A stretch of 64,000 nt of DNA. It comes from an uncultured Clostridia bacterium (GTDB lineage Bacteria > Bacillota > Clostridia > Christensenellales > CAG-314). The notes beneath the pieces were generated by a model, which did no database searches, had not been told where the DNA came from, and worked only from the letters and a program-made list of their open reading frames with translations. Each line of letters opens with the position of its first letter. Position 1 is the stretch's first letter. Below, piece after piece: positions 15,760 through 23,925 of the stretch. The stretch lies in the NCBI GenBank assembly GCA_947570215.1, contig CANOTO010000004.1, positions 92,522 through 156,521 of the forward strand, in the 5' to 3' direction. Both the position numbers and the translations under genes were made by a program.

Positions 15760-16325
15760 AAAAAGTATTAGCATTTTGGGGCGTAGTCTTAATATTAGCG
15801 TTAATCGCGGGCGTTGTGTATTTCGTCTACGTCTTTACGGGAGAGTTCTCGACGGACTTCAAAACTTTCTACGTTGAGATAGACAAAACCAAGTACGTCA
15901 AAGATACGTACGACTTAACGTTTGGCAAAACGCGTGTGGACGTGCATTACACCTTTGAGAAAGTGCAGACGAAGAAGTTGACGTTTACATACGCAATAGA
16001 GCCGACGGGCAGCGACTTCAATTTTACAGTGGACGGCGAGAAAGTAAGTTGGCTGAATGTCGACGGACTTTCCGAAGCGTTTGACGTAAAAAAGGACGCC
16101 GACGCTTTAACGCTCGATTGCACAAATAAAAAGGTATCCGACGTATTGAAAGCAGTTTATCCAAACAGCGATATAGTATTACCGGACGGAATAGACGAAG
16201 AACGGATAAGTCGTTACAAGCTTACAGTTACGTCAGAAGATAAACGCATAAGCGTGTCGTTAACGTTCAAATGTTCGGCAGCTATTGAAAACATTGTTCT
16301 CGACCCGTCCGAGATTACGTTTTAG
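15756..16325 (+). CDS. Hypothetical N-terminally anchored or secreted protein (189 aa)
   Basis: AAAGGAG RBS and an N-terminal hydrophobic segment VLAFWGVVLILALIAGVVYFVYVF. Confidence 0.65.
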   Translation: MKKVLAFWGVVLILALIAGVVYFVYVFTGEFSTDFKTFYVEIDKTKYVKDTYDLTFGKTRVDVHYTFEKVQTKKLTFTYAIEPTGSDFNFTVDGEKVSWLNVDGLSEAFDVKKDADALTLDCTNKKVSDVLKAVYPNSDIVLPDGIDEERISRYKLTVTSEDKRISVSLTFKCSAAIENIVLDPSEITF

Positions 16326-16338
16326 GAGAAGTGAAGTT

Positions 16339-18135
16339 ATGAAGAAATTGACTTTAATATTAACAATGGTATTGATAGTATCGGCAATAGGCGGTGGAAG
16401 TATCAACGCCTTTGCGGCTACAAACAACATTGACGCGAGCGACGTTTTGTTTGATTTGCAAAACAGTCAGATTGCCGGCGAAAACTTTAACGTAGACGAA
16501 TACGGATACTCTGACGAAAAAGACGTTAAGCTGCTTGCATTTGCGGAATACGGTTTTGCGTTCGATAAATCTAAAAGCGACTATAACATTTATCTTTATG
16601 TTTATAACCCAAGCGGACGGGAGATAAAAGCGGAGCGTAACGTTGTAAGTATTGCGACCGTTTACGAAAACGGCAAAGCGGTAGACTACGATAAGTTTGC
16701 GCTTAAACTGTTGAGCGTATCGGACGGCAAATACGCGCGGCTCTTTTACAAATTCAAAGTAAAAGACCCGACTAAACTGTTTACTCGCGTATCCGCCAAC
16801 ACTAACGTTAGGCGATACGACGTAAGCGAAATAGAGCTGAACTTCGGCGACGTCAGTAGCAAAGCGTATACGGTAGGTAACTACTATGAATATAGTGGCT
16901 ATGCGCAAGGGTTTGGCGCGGACAGCAAAGCGGAAAGTACACTGACTTGTACGACGGACAATATTGATACCTTGGAATTAAAAGTTAAAAGTACGTATTA
17001 CAGATATAACAATGGAACGTCTACGCAAAAAGATATATCCAGCGTTTACTTCGGAATACCCAATGAAATTTTTACAAAGTACGGAAATTTGCAACAAATA
17101 AAAGCAAACTGGTTTGAAACGAAAACAATGCCGCAGTATGTTTTTACAAATCAAAACTTGTACAGAAATCTCTATCCGTATTTAGGGGTCAATAAGAAAA
17201 ATCAAGTCGTACCGCTTCCCGAAGTAGACGGACACCGTTTTTTTGATATTTGCGTCGGCGCAGGTCCGGGCGTAGCTAAATATGCTTTCAAATTCGGAGA
17301 GTACGATAGTAAATACGACGGCGTAGTCGGATTGGGTACGTATTATTTCAATCAACTGGACTGGATGTTTTACAGTAAAAACGGAAAAGTATCTTCTACG
17401 GAAGTCATACACGAAGCTCAGAATTATACGTCTAAAATAGGCGGCGAATTGCTAATAGATAAGTACAGCAAAAACCTATTCGTTGCAGAAGTGGACGACG
17501 GACGGCAGTACGGTTGGCAAGGTACGGACGGAAACGGCATTGTTATCGACGCAGATAGCACGTTTAATATCGACGGATTTGACGCGGGCAGTAAGTTTAT
17601 GACATGGTTTACACAGGTTTGTTACGGCAAATTAGAAACAAACGAGCTGTCTATAACTCCCATTTACTTAGTCGAAGAAAACGACGTTATAGGGAATGCA
17701 GAAACAATCGCGCAAAGATTATACATAGAAGAAAGCGACGTAACGGAGTTTTTGCAAACATATGAACAAAATAAAGTTGAAGGTAAGAGAACTGTACTTT
17801 TTCGCTTCGCTACAACCGATTATACAGCGTATCCACTTTGGGCGCGTTGTGAGAAAGCATTTCATTGTGGAATAAATAGTGAAGTGGGGTACGGTGCGCA
17901 GCAAACTGTTTTCTTGGATTTTGACATAATATGGCTGAAATTCTTAAAAGCGGGACAAGCTACGGTAATACCCTGCGTATCCAGTCCGATAGACGTATTT
18001 CACGGTTTAACTCCGCCTTTGCAGCCGAGCGGCAGCAATATTTGGGTAATAATACTTACTGTTATCATCTGCGTAATAATGCTTATTTTGGTTTTTAAGC
18101 TATTAGGTGTAGTGCTGAAAAAACGGAGTAACTAA
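16339..18135 (+). CDS. Large secreted protein with a signal peptide and a C-terminal TM anchor (pIII-like topology)
   Basis: AGGAGAAG RBS and signal peptide MKKLTLILTMVLIVSAIGGGSINAFA. The C-terminus is IWVIILTVIICVIMLILVFKLLGVVLKKRSN. The ORF-track start at 16285 lacks an RBS. Confidence 0.7.
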   Translation: MKKLTLILTMVLIVSAIGGGSINAFAATNNIDASDVLFDLQNSQIAGENFNVDEYGYSDEKDVKLLAFAEYGFAFDKSKSDYNIYLYVYNPSGREIKAERNVVSIATVYENGKAVDYDKFALKLLSVSDGKYARLFYKFKVKDPTKLFTRVSANTNVRRYDVSEIELNFGDVSSKAYTVGNYYEYSGYAQGFGADSKAESTLTCTTDNIDTLELKVKSTYYRYNNGTSTQKDISSVYFGIPNEIFTKYGNLQQIKANWFETKTMPQYVFTNQNLYRNLYPYLGVNKKNQVVPLPEVDGHRFFDICVGAGPGVAKYAFKFGEYDSKYDGVVGLGTYYFNQLDWMFYSKNGKVSSTEVIHEAQNYTSKIGGELLIDKYSKNLFVAEVDDGRQYGWQGTDGNGIVIDADSTFNIDGFDAGSKFMTWFTQVCYGKLETNELSITPIYLVEENDVIGNAETIAQRLYIEESDVTEFLQTYEQNKVEGKRTVLFRFATTDYTAYPLWARCEKAFHCGINSEVGYGAQQTVFLDFDIIWLKFLKAGQATVIPCVSSPIDVFHGLTPPLQPSGSNIWVIILTVIICVIMLILVFKLLGVVLKKRSN

Positions 18136-18263
18136 TGAAAATTTTGAAATTTATCGGCGCAATCTTGCTTGCGCTGCTTGCAGGCGGAATAATCTTGCAA
18201 GTACTCGGATATATCGACAGTCCGCTATTCAACTGGTTTAGCGAACTGCACTTGTTTAAGTAG
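18135..18263 (+). CDS. Small hydrophobic protein (42 aa)
   Basis: GGAG RBS. Sequence MKILKFIGAILLALLAGGIILQVLGY.... The start overlaps the upstream stop (TAATG). Confidence 0.5.
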   Translation: MKILKFIGAILLALLAGGIILQVLGYIDSPLFNWFSELHLFK

Positions 18264-18271
18264 GTGAACAT

Positions 18272-18430
18272 ATGGGTTGGGTTTTAATACTGGTATTAGG
18301 ACTTATTGCATTATCTGTAACAATAGGTGGCGGAATCAACACAGATTTTTTAACCTTACTTGCAATTTTTGCCGTTGGTATAGTCGTAATCTTTGCCATA
18401 AAAAAGATATGGGACGAGTTTCATAAATGA
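18272..18430 (+). CDS. Small two-TM protein (52 aa)
   Basis: AGGTGA RBS. Sequence MGWVLILVLGLIALSVTIGGG...LLAIFAVGIVVIFAIKK. ATGA overlap with the next gene. Confidence 0.5.
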   Translation: MGWVLILVLGLIALSVTIGGGINTDFLTLLAIFAVGIVVIFAIKKIWDEFHK

Positions 18431-19713
18431 AAACTATAAAAAAGCACTTGGCGTTGAACTATCTATATTACGCTTTGCCGTGCATATTGAGCGTAGCGTA
18501 TTTGTTATTATTTGCCGCAGATTATACGACGTTGCAGTATTTAATAAACAGTTTGTACGCCAATTTATTCAACTTAATAATGCTGTCTTGCGCAATCGTA
18601 GCCGTCCCGAACTTTTGCCGTTTGGTATATTATACCAAACTTACGCTAAATTTGCCTAACGACGCATATTTGCCTGCAGCGGCAAACGAACGTTTCGGGT
18701 TCGCAGGCGGCGGCAAGTCGTCCAGTACGGCAATTCAAGCGTTTTTTGAAGCGGAAAAAATGCAGGAAGAAACGGAAGGGAAGTACAATTATATGCTTGC
18801 CAACCGTGAACGTTGGACAAGGGACGGGGAAGAATACAAACTCGCTAACTTTGACCGAATAGAGAAGTCTGTTGAGTTTTGGAACGCGCACCCCGAGTAT
18901 ATTCCGTATTTGGTAAGCGATTTAGAGATTATAGCGCCGGACGGAAGAAAGTCGATGTTCTTTACCCGTGAGCATTTGGAGCAGGAAGAATGGCTACCAA
19001 TATGTTTCCTGTTGGCTGACGAAGGCGGTACGCTAATGCCGCAGGACGAATATTCAGACCGTCCGCAAAGAATGGTAACTTTTTTCCGTCTAATACGTCA
19101 GTTCGGAATACGCGCTTGTATATGCGAACAGAAGAAAGACGGAATACTAATAAACGTCAGGGCGGTTCTCGGCGGAACCGTGCTTTGTTTGGGACAGCGC
19201 AACGCTTTGCTTCCGAACTTGCTTTTATCCGTCATAGCCTTTCTCAAACGCTTGTTGCCTAAAACTAAAAACAATCCGAAATTAGGCTTGGTGATAGAAA
19301 AATTAAGCAACTTTGCCGCTTGTTTGGGCTTTCGTATATGGGACCAGTTATTTTTCAGAACAATGGACTTCAAAGAGTTTGTGCCGCCTGAAAAAATTAA
19401 AATCGTTTGCACGAATAAGTTACCGTTCTATTACGACGATATGGCATACGCAGACTTATATCTTGCAAAGGATAAAACGCCGAAAATAATAGAGCAGAAA
19501 GGACGACCGACAAAGGGTACGCCGATGGGCGACGCAATGCTTAGATTGTGTACAATCGAAGAACAGAATTTGAAAGACAAAGAAGAAGTAAAGTTGCACA
19601 GTAAATTGAAAGTAAGCAACGGTATTAAATCTGAAACGCTGAAACAATTCGATTTGGACAAAAAGTTAGAACAGCAGAAAAAGGCGCAAAACGACGGCGC
19701 AAAAAAATCTTAA
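18427..19713 (+). CDS. Membrane-anchored P-loop NTPase (Zot/pI-like assembly ATPase or FtsK/TcpA-like translocase candidate)
   Basis: Two N-terminal TM helices, Walker A GFAGGGKS (aa 91-98), Walker B FLLADE (aa 194-199) and a charged coiled C-terminus. Confidence 0.65.
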   Translation: MKTIKKHLALNYLYYALPCILSVAYLLLFAADYTTLQYLINSLYANLFNLIMLSCAIVAVPNFCRLVYYTKLTLNLPNDAYLPAAANERFGFAGGGKSSSTAIQAFFEAEKMQEETEGKYNYMLANRERWTRDGEEYKLANFDRIEKSVEFWNAHPEYIPYLVSDLEIIAPDGRKSMFFTREHLEQEEWLPICFLLADEGGTLMPQDEYSDRPQRMVTFFRLIRQFGIRACICEQKKDGILINVRAVLGGTVLCLGQRNALLPNLLLSVIAFLKRLLPKTKNNPKLGLVIEKLSNFAACLGFRIWDQLFFRTMDFKEFVPPEKIKIVCTNKLPFYYDDMAYADLYLAKDKTPKIIEQKGRPTKGTPMGDAMLRLCTIEEQNLKDKEEVKLHSKLKVSNGIKSETLKQFDLDKKLEQQKKAQNDGAKKS

Positions 19714-20121
19714 TAACGAAAGACACTGCGGCGGCAAACCGATACGTACTGCTTCGCTTATAAGTTCAACTCGCAGAGTTAGTTGGGAATTGGAAAAGCA
19801 TATTGAATATGTAGTTGCAAGGTTATATTTAGGAATCGACAATGCAAAAGGCAAAAACATTAACGACGACACGAAATAATATTTTTCGTTCCAACTGGTT
19901 GGGACGGAAAATTTATTCGGGGCGGCGTTACGTGTTGTGGTTGCATTATCGAAAAAGAAACTTGCAACGACAAAACAAATCGCTTTTCCAATTCCAAACT
20001 TCACGATTGAGCGAAAAGTTACGTTTCGGTAAAGACTTGGTAAAGAGAAAAACCGCATAAAACGTAAAAAAGGGGGTTGCGGGGGCTTGCCCCCGACGTT
20101 CGGAAAAAAGTTTGGTACCAA

Positions 20122-20391
20122 ATGGGAAGATTAGTTCTAACAAGATTTAACAAAAGAACTTGTAAGGTTGAGCAGCTGACATTGGAAAACGTAAATTTAT
20201 CTGCACACTATATTGACAATTTCGGCAGACCTACAACGCTGATTCACTTAATTGCAGATAACCCCGCATGCGTACAAAAAAGTTACATAATAACGGAAGT
20301 AACGGACGAACGATTAGTCGAAGGTATACATTACAACGCAAGCGAAGCAGCGCAAAAATGGTGGGATAAGTATGAAAAACAAGAAGAATGA
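20122..20391 (+). CDS. Hypothetical protein (89 aa)
   Basis: ORF from ATG 20122. The ORF-track TTG at 20077 lies inside a GC hairpin. Weak RBS. Confidence 0.45.
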   Translation: MGRLVLTRFNKRTCKVEQLTLENVNLSAHYIDNFGRPTTLIHLIADNPACVQKSYIITEVTDERLVEGIHYNASEAAQKWWDKYEKQEE

Positions 20392-20496
20392 AGTATTGCC
20401 GGGACAACTGTCAATCTGGGATAGTCCGTTCTATGACATTTTGATGGGGGGGGGTATCTCTAACAGAAAATACGGAACAGGGGGAAGTTAAAGACG

Positions 20497-20694
20497 ATGA
20501 AAGTAAGGTTAATGGGAACGAAACGGGAATGCGAAATAATGCAAGATTTCTTTCGGAAGAATTTACAGAACGGTAACGGTTATTCTGTGTCAAGGCTTTA
20601 TTCGAATAGGGGCAGTACGGATATGTATCGGGTGTACGTCGAATTTAATATGCCTTCCGATACTTCAAATTTTTTGCAACTAAAAGGCGGCTGA
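20497..20694 (+). CDS. Hypothetical protein (65 aa)
   Basis: ORF with G-rich RBS. No family recognised. Confidence 0.5.
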   Translation: MKVRLMGTKRECEIMQDFFRKNLQNGNGYSVSRLYSNRGSTDMYRVYVEFNMPSDTSNFLQLKGG

Positions 20695-20696
20695 AA

Positions 20697-20864
20697 ATGA
20701 CGAAGAAGTATGTGCAAGTGAAAATAAATATTCCGACGTCTTATAGAAGCGTAATCGAGTATTGCGACAAACTGTCTACGCAGCGTATACTTTCTGCTCG
20801 CATTATCCGATTACTTTCGGACGACTTAAACAAAAGAAAAAAGGAAGAAAATACGAATGTTTAA
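20697..20864 (+). CDS. Small hypothetical protein (55 aa), overlaps the methyltransferase start
   Basis: MTKKYVQVKINIPTSYRSVIEYCDK.... 8-nt overlap with the next gene. Below the ORF-track cutoff. Confidence 0.4.
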   Translation: MTKKYVQVKINIPTSYRSVIEYCDKLSTQRILSARIIRLLSDDLNKRKKEENTNV

Positions 20865-22728
20865 TTACCAAAGCAGCATATTGGACGAACTAATAGTAGA
20901 CAACTTCGCCGGGGGCGGCGGAGCAAGCACGGGTATAGAACTCGCAGTCGGGCGTCCCGTAGATATAGCGATCAACCACGACCCCGACGCAATCGCCATG
21001 CACAAGGTAAACCACCCGTTTACGAAGCATTACCAAGAGAGCGTTTGGGATATAGACCCCAAAAGAATTACCGAAGGGCGACCAGTCGGCATTGCGTGGT
21101 TTTCTCCCGACTGTAAACATTTCAGTAAAGCAAAGGGCGGAAAGCCCGTAGACAAGAAGATAAGGGGCTTAGCGTGGATAGCGTTGCGTTGGGCAGGAAC
21201 TGTCAGACCGAGAATAATTATGCTCGAAAACGTCGAAGAGTTCCAAACGTGGGGACCGGTTAGACGTGGTAAGCCTGTTAAGAGCAAGCAGGGGCAGACG
21301 TTCCGCAAGTTTGTAGGCCAACTCGAAGCGTTAGGCTATAAGGTAGAGTATAAAGTCTTGCGGGCTTGCGATTACGGAGCGCCTACGATTCGCAAACGGT
21401 TTTACTTAATAGCCCGTTGCGATGGGCTGCATATCGTCTGGGCGGAGCCTACGCACGGCGAAGGCAGAAAGCCGTATCGGACGGCTGCGGAGTGTATAGA
21501 CTGGTCGTTACCCTGTCCGTCCATATTCGGACGTAAAAAGGAACTTGCCGTTAATACGCAGCGGCGTATAGCAAAAGGTTTAGACAAGTTCGTAATAAAG
21601 AACCCGAAGCCGTTTATTATGCAAATGAACTTCGAGAACGCAGCGCAAGACGTAGACAAGCCGTTATCTACTCAGACGGCTGTAAACAAACATTTCGTTG
21701 TAGAACCGAAGTTCACGCCGTACATAATGAGCAATAATACGAATAACGCCACGCACTCGGTAAAAGAACCGTTGCCGACAGTTACTACTGGCAACCGCAA
21801 TTTCGTCTGCGCTCCGACGTTGGTACAGTACCACACGGAAACAAGCGCAAAAGAAACTCGTGGGCAGGACGTAAAGCAGCCGCTCCGAACGGTAGACGGT
21901 TCGCCGAGATACGGTTTGCAAGCGGCGTATTTATCCAAATATTTCAGCGGCGAAAAGCAAGCGGGCGCAGACGTACAAAGCCCAATGCCTACGGTTACGG
22001 GAATAGACCATAACGCTGTAACGGTTTGCTATCTATCCAGCAGACATGGCGACGGAAGCGACGGCAGGGGTAAAGACTTAGCCGAACCTGCGCCGACTGT
22101 TACGGCAGACTGCCACGAACATATTATTGCGGCTAACTTACTGCGTTATTATGGTGGCGAAGAACATGCAAGCGATATGGATAAGCCGATAGCAACCGTT
22201 ACAACGTTGCCAAGACATTATTTGTCTGAAAGCCACCTATGCGTATTCCAAAATCATATGGACTGCAAAGGCTTGGACGAGTCATTTCCGACGATTACAC
22301 AGGCGTTGAAGTTCGGGCAAGTCAAGACGTATCTGTGCAAAATAGATTCCGCGCAGAACTTAGGCAACTGGGATAAAGTAAGATGTCTGCTAAACGAATA
22401 TGCAGGTTATTCGATTGCCGACGATGAAATACTTATACTCGAAATAAACAAGGTGCAGTACTTCATTTACGACGTGGGAATGCGAATGTTAAAGGCAAAG
22501 GAACTAAAACTTGCACAAGGCTTCCCGACAGATTACTGTATCGACATAGAAAGCAAAATAGGCAAGAAATACAGCGAAGCAAAACAAATCGCGCGGCTCG
22601 GCAATGCGGTTTGTCCGCCGGTTGCTACGGCGTTGGTAAAAGCGAATTACATAGACACAGTAGCTAAGCCGCTCGTAACAATGGCTGCACTGAATGAACA
22701 TTTACAAAGACGTATGGCGAAGAGATAA
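20857..22728 (+). CDS. DNA (cytosine-5)-methyltransferase with an expanded repeat region
   Basis: Motif I FAGGGG, catalytic SPDCKHFS, motif VI ENV, QGFP and GNAVCPPV. Seven ~35-aa P-x-x-T-V/I-T modules lie between motifs VIII and IX. Confidence 0.88.
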   Translation: MFNYQSSILDELIVDNFAGGGGASTGIELAVGRPVDIAINHDPDAIAMHKVNHPFTKHYQESVWDIDPKRITEGRPVGIAWFSPDCKHFSKAKGGKPVDKKIRGLAWIALRWAGTVRPRIIMLENVEEFQTWGPVRRGKPVKSKQGQTFRKFVGQLEALGYKVEYKVLRACDYGAPTIRKRFYLIARCDGLHIVWAEPTHGEGRKPYRTAAECIDWSLPCPSIFGRKKELAVNTQRRIAKGLDKFVIKNPKPFIMQMNFENAAQDVDKPLSTQTAVNKHFVVEPKFTPYIMSNNTNNATHSVKEPLPTVTTGNRNFVCAPTLVQYHTETSAKETRGQDVKQPLRTVDGSPRYGLQAAYLSKYFSGEKQAGADVQSPMPTVTGIDHNAVTVCYLSSRHGDGSDGRGKDLAEPAPTVTADCHEHIIAANLLRYYGGEEHASDMDKPIATVTTLPRHYLSESHLCVFQNHMDCKGLDESFPTITQALKFGQVKTYLCKIDSAQNLGNWDKVRCLLNEYAGYSIADDEILILEINKVQYFIYDVGMRMLKAKELKLAQGFPTDYCIDIESKIGKKYSEAKQIARLGNAVCPPVATALVKANYIDTVAKPLVTMAALNEHLQRRMAKR

Positions 22729-22738
22729 AGAAATTGAA

Positions 22739-23608
22739 ATGAGTAAACCGCATTATCAGACAAGTTTTTTAATACTGGATAAAATCGAAAAAGCGGTGGA
22801 ACGCGTGCAGTTGATTAAAAACGTTATAAGCGAACCGCTATGGGTAGCTTATAGTGGCGGCAAAGATAGCGTTGTATTGAAGTGGATAATAGAGCAAAGC
22901 GGCATTCCTGCCGAATTCCACTATAATGTTACAAGCGTTGACCCGCCTGAATTAGTGCAATTTGTTAAGTCGCAGAAAAATATTAAACGAGATATACCGC
23001 ATTATGATAATGGTTCGCCGATGTCAATGTGGAATCTGATACCAAACAAAATGATACCGCCTACACGTGTATTTCGTTACTGTTGTGAAAAGTTAAAAGA
23101 AGCGAGTGGTAAAGGAAGAATAACGGCAACGGGAGTTCGTTGGGCGGAAAGCCCTAAAAGAAAGAAAAATCAAGGTGAAATAACTGTATTTCGCAAAAGA
23201 GAAATTGCAAAGTTATTAAAACTCTTTCCGGAAGCCGAAGCATTAGATACAGAACGGGGCGGATACATTTTGAATTTAGATAACGATAGCAACCGACGTA
23301 TGGTTGAGCAGTGTTATAGAACGAGCAAAACGTTAATCAATCCAATTATAGACTTTTCTACAAGTGATATTTGGCAGATTATAGGCGGCGAACATTTAGA
23401 TTATTGCGGACTTTATGACTGCGGATATAAACGTTTGGGTTGCATCGGTTGTCCAATGGCTTCTATAAAACAGCGTAAACAAGATTTTTTGCGTTATCCG
23501 CAGTATAAAGAGTTCTACATAAATGCTTTTGATAAAATGTTGCTTCGTTTAACAAAAGCACAATGGAAGAGCGGCGAAGAAGTTTTTGACTGGTGGGTGA
23601 AAATATAA
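22739..23608 (+). CDS. PP-loop ATP pyrophosphatase of the PAPS-reductase/DndC-like family
   Basis: SGGKDS PP-loop (VAYSGGKDSVV) and a C-terminal Cys cluster CGLYDCGYKRLGCIGCP. Alternative start at 22694. Confidence 0.8.
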   Translation: MSKPHYQTSFLILDKIEKAVERVQLIKNVISEPLWVAYSGGKDSVVLKWIIEQSGIPAEFHYNVTSVDPPELVQFVKSQKNIKRDIPHYDNGSPMSMWNLIPNKMIPPTRVFRYCCEKLKEASGKGRITATGVRWAESPKRKKNQGEITVFRKREIAKLLKLFPEAEALDTERGGYILNLDNDSNRRMVEQCYRTSKTLINPIIDFSTSDIWQIIGGEHLDYCGLYDCGYKRLGCIGCPMASIKQRKQDFLRYPQYKEFYINAFDKMLLRLTKAQWKSGEEVFDWWVKI

Positions 23609-23609
23609 A

Positions 23610-23924
23610 ATGAAAATCTACACAATCGACAATCACGACGGACATATTAAAAATTGTCAAATTAAAGATATGTTAGAAATGGCGTTACCTGAAGGAACCG
23701 ACACGGCGAATATGACGGACGAAGCGATTATTCAGAAAGCAACGTGGGTGCAGATATGTGGCGCAGATACAGAACGTTGTCCGAATTGCAAATATTATAG
23801 CCATTATAACGGAAAAGAGTATTGCAGCGTAATGCACTTGCCAAAAGCGCAGTTGTTACCGCCTGAATTTAAGAAATATGGTTGTTGTTTCTACGTGGGC
23901 AGAAAAGGCGGGAAATTAGGATAA
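23610..23924 (+). CDS. Cys-rich hypothetical protein (104 aa)
   Basis: CPNC...C...CC pattern. Tightly packed between the neighbouring genes with 1-nt gaps. Confidence 0.55.
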   Translation: MKIYTIDNHDGHIKNCQIKDMLEMALPEGTDTANMTDEAIIQKATWVQICGADTERCPNCKYYSHYNGKEYCSVMHLPKAQLLPPEFKKYGCCFYVGRKGGKLG

Positions 23925-23925
23925 A

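Noticed and set aside
19666-20121. 151-aa minus-strand ORF in the gap after the NTPase gene
   Set aside because: It is a Phe/Pro/Ser-rich low-complexity translation with no RBS, and it runs through the GC hairpin.
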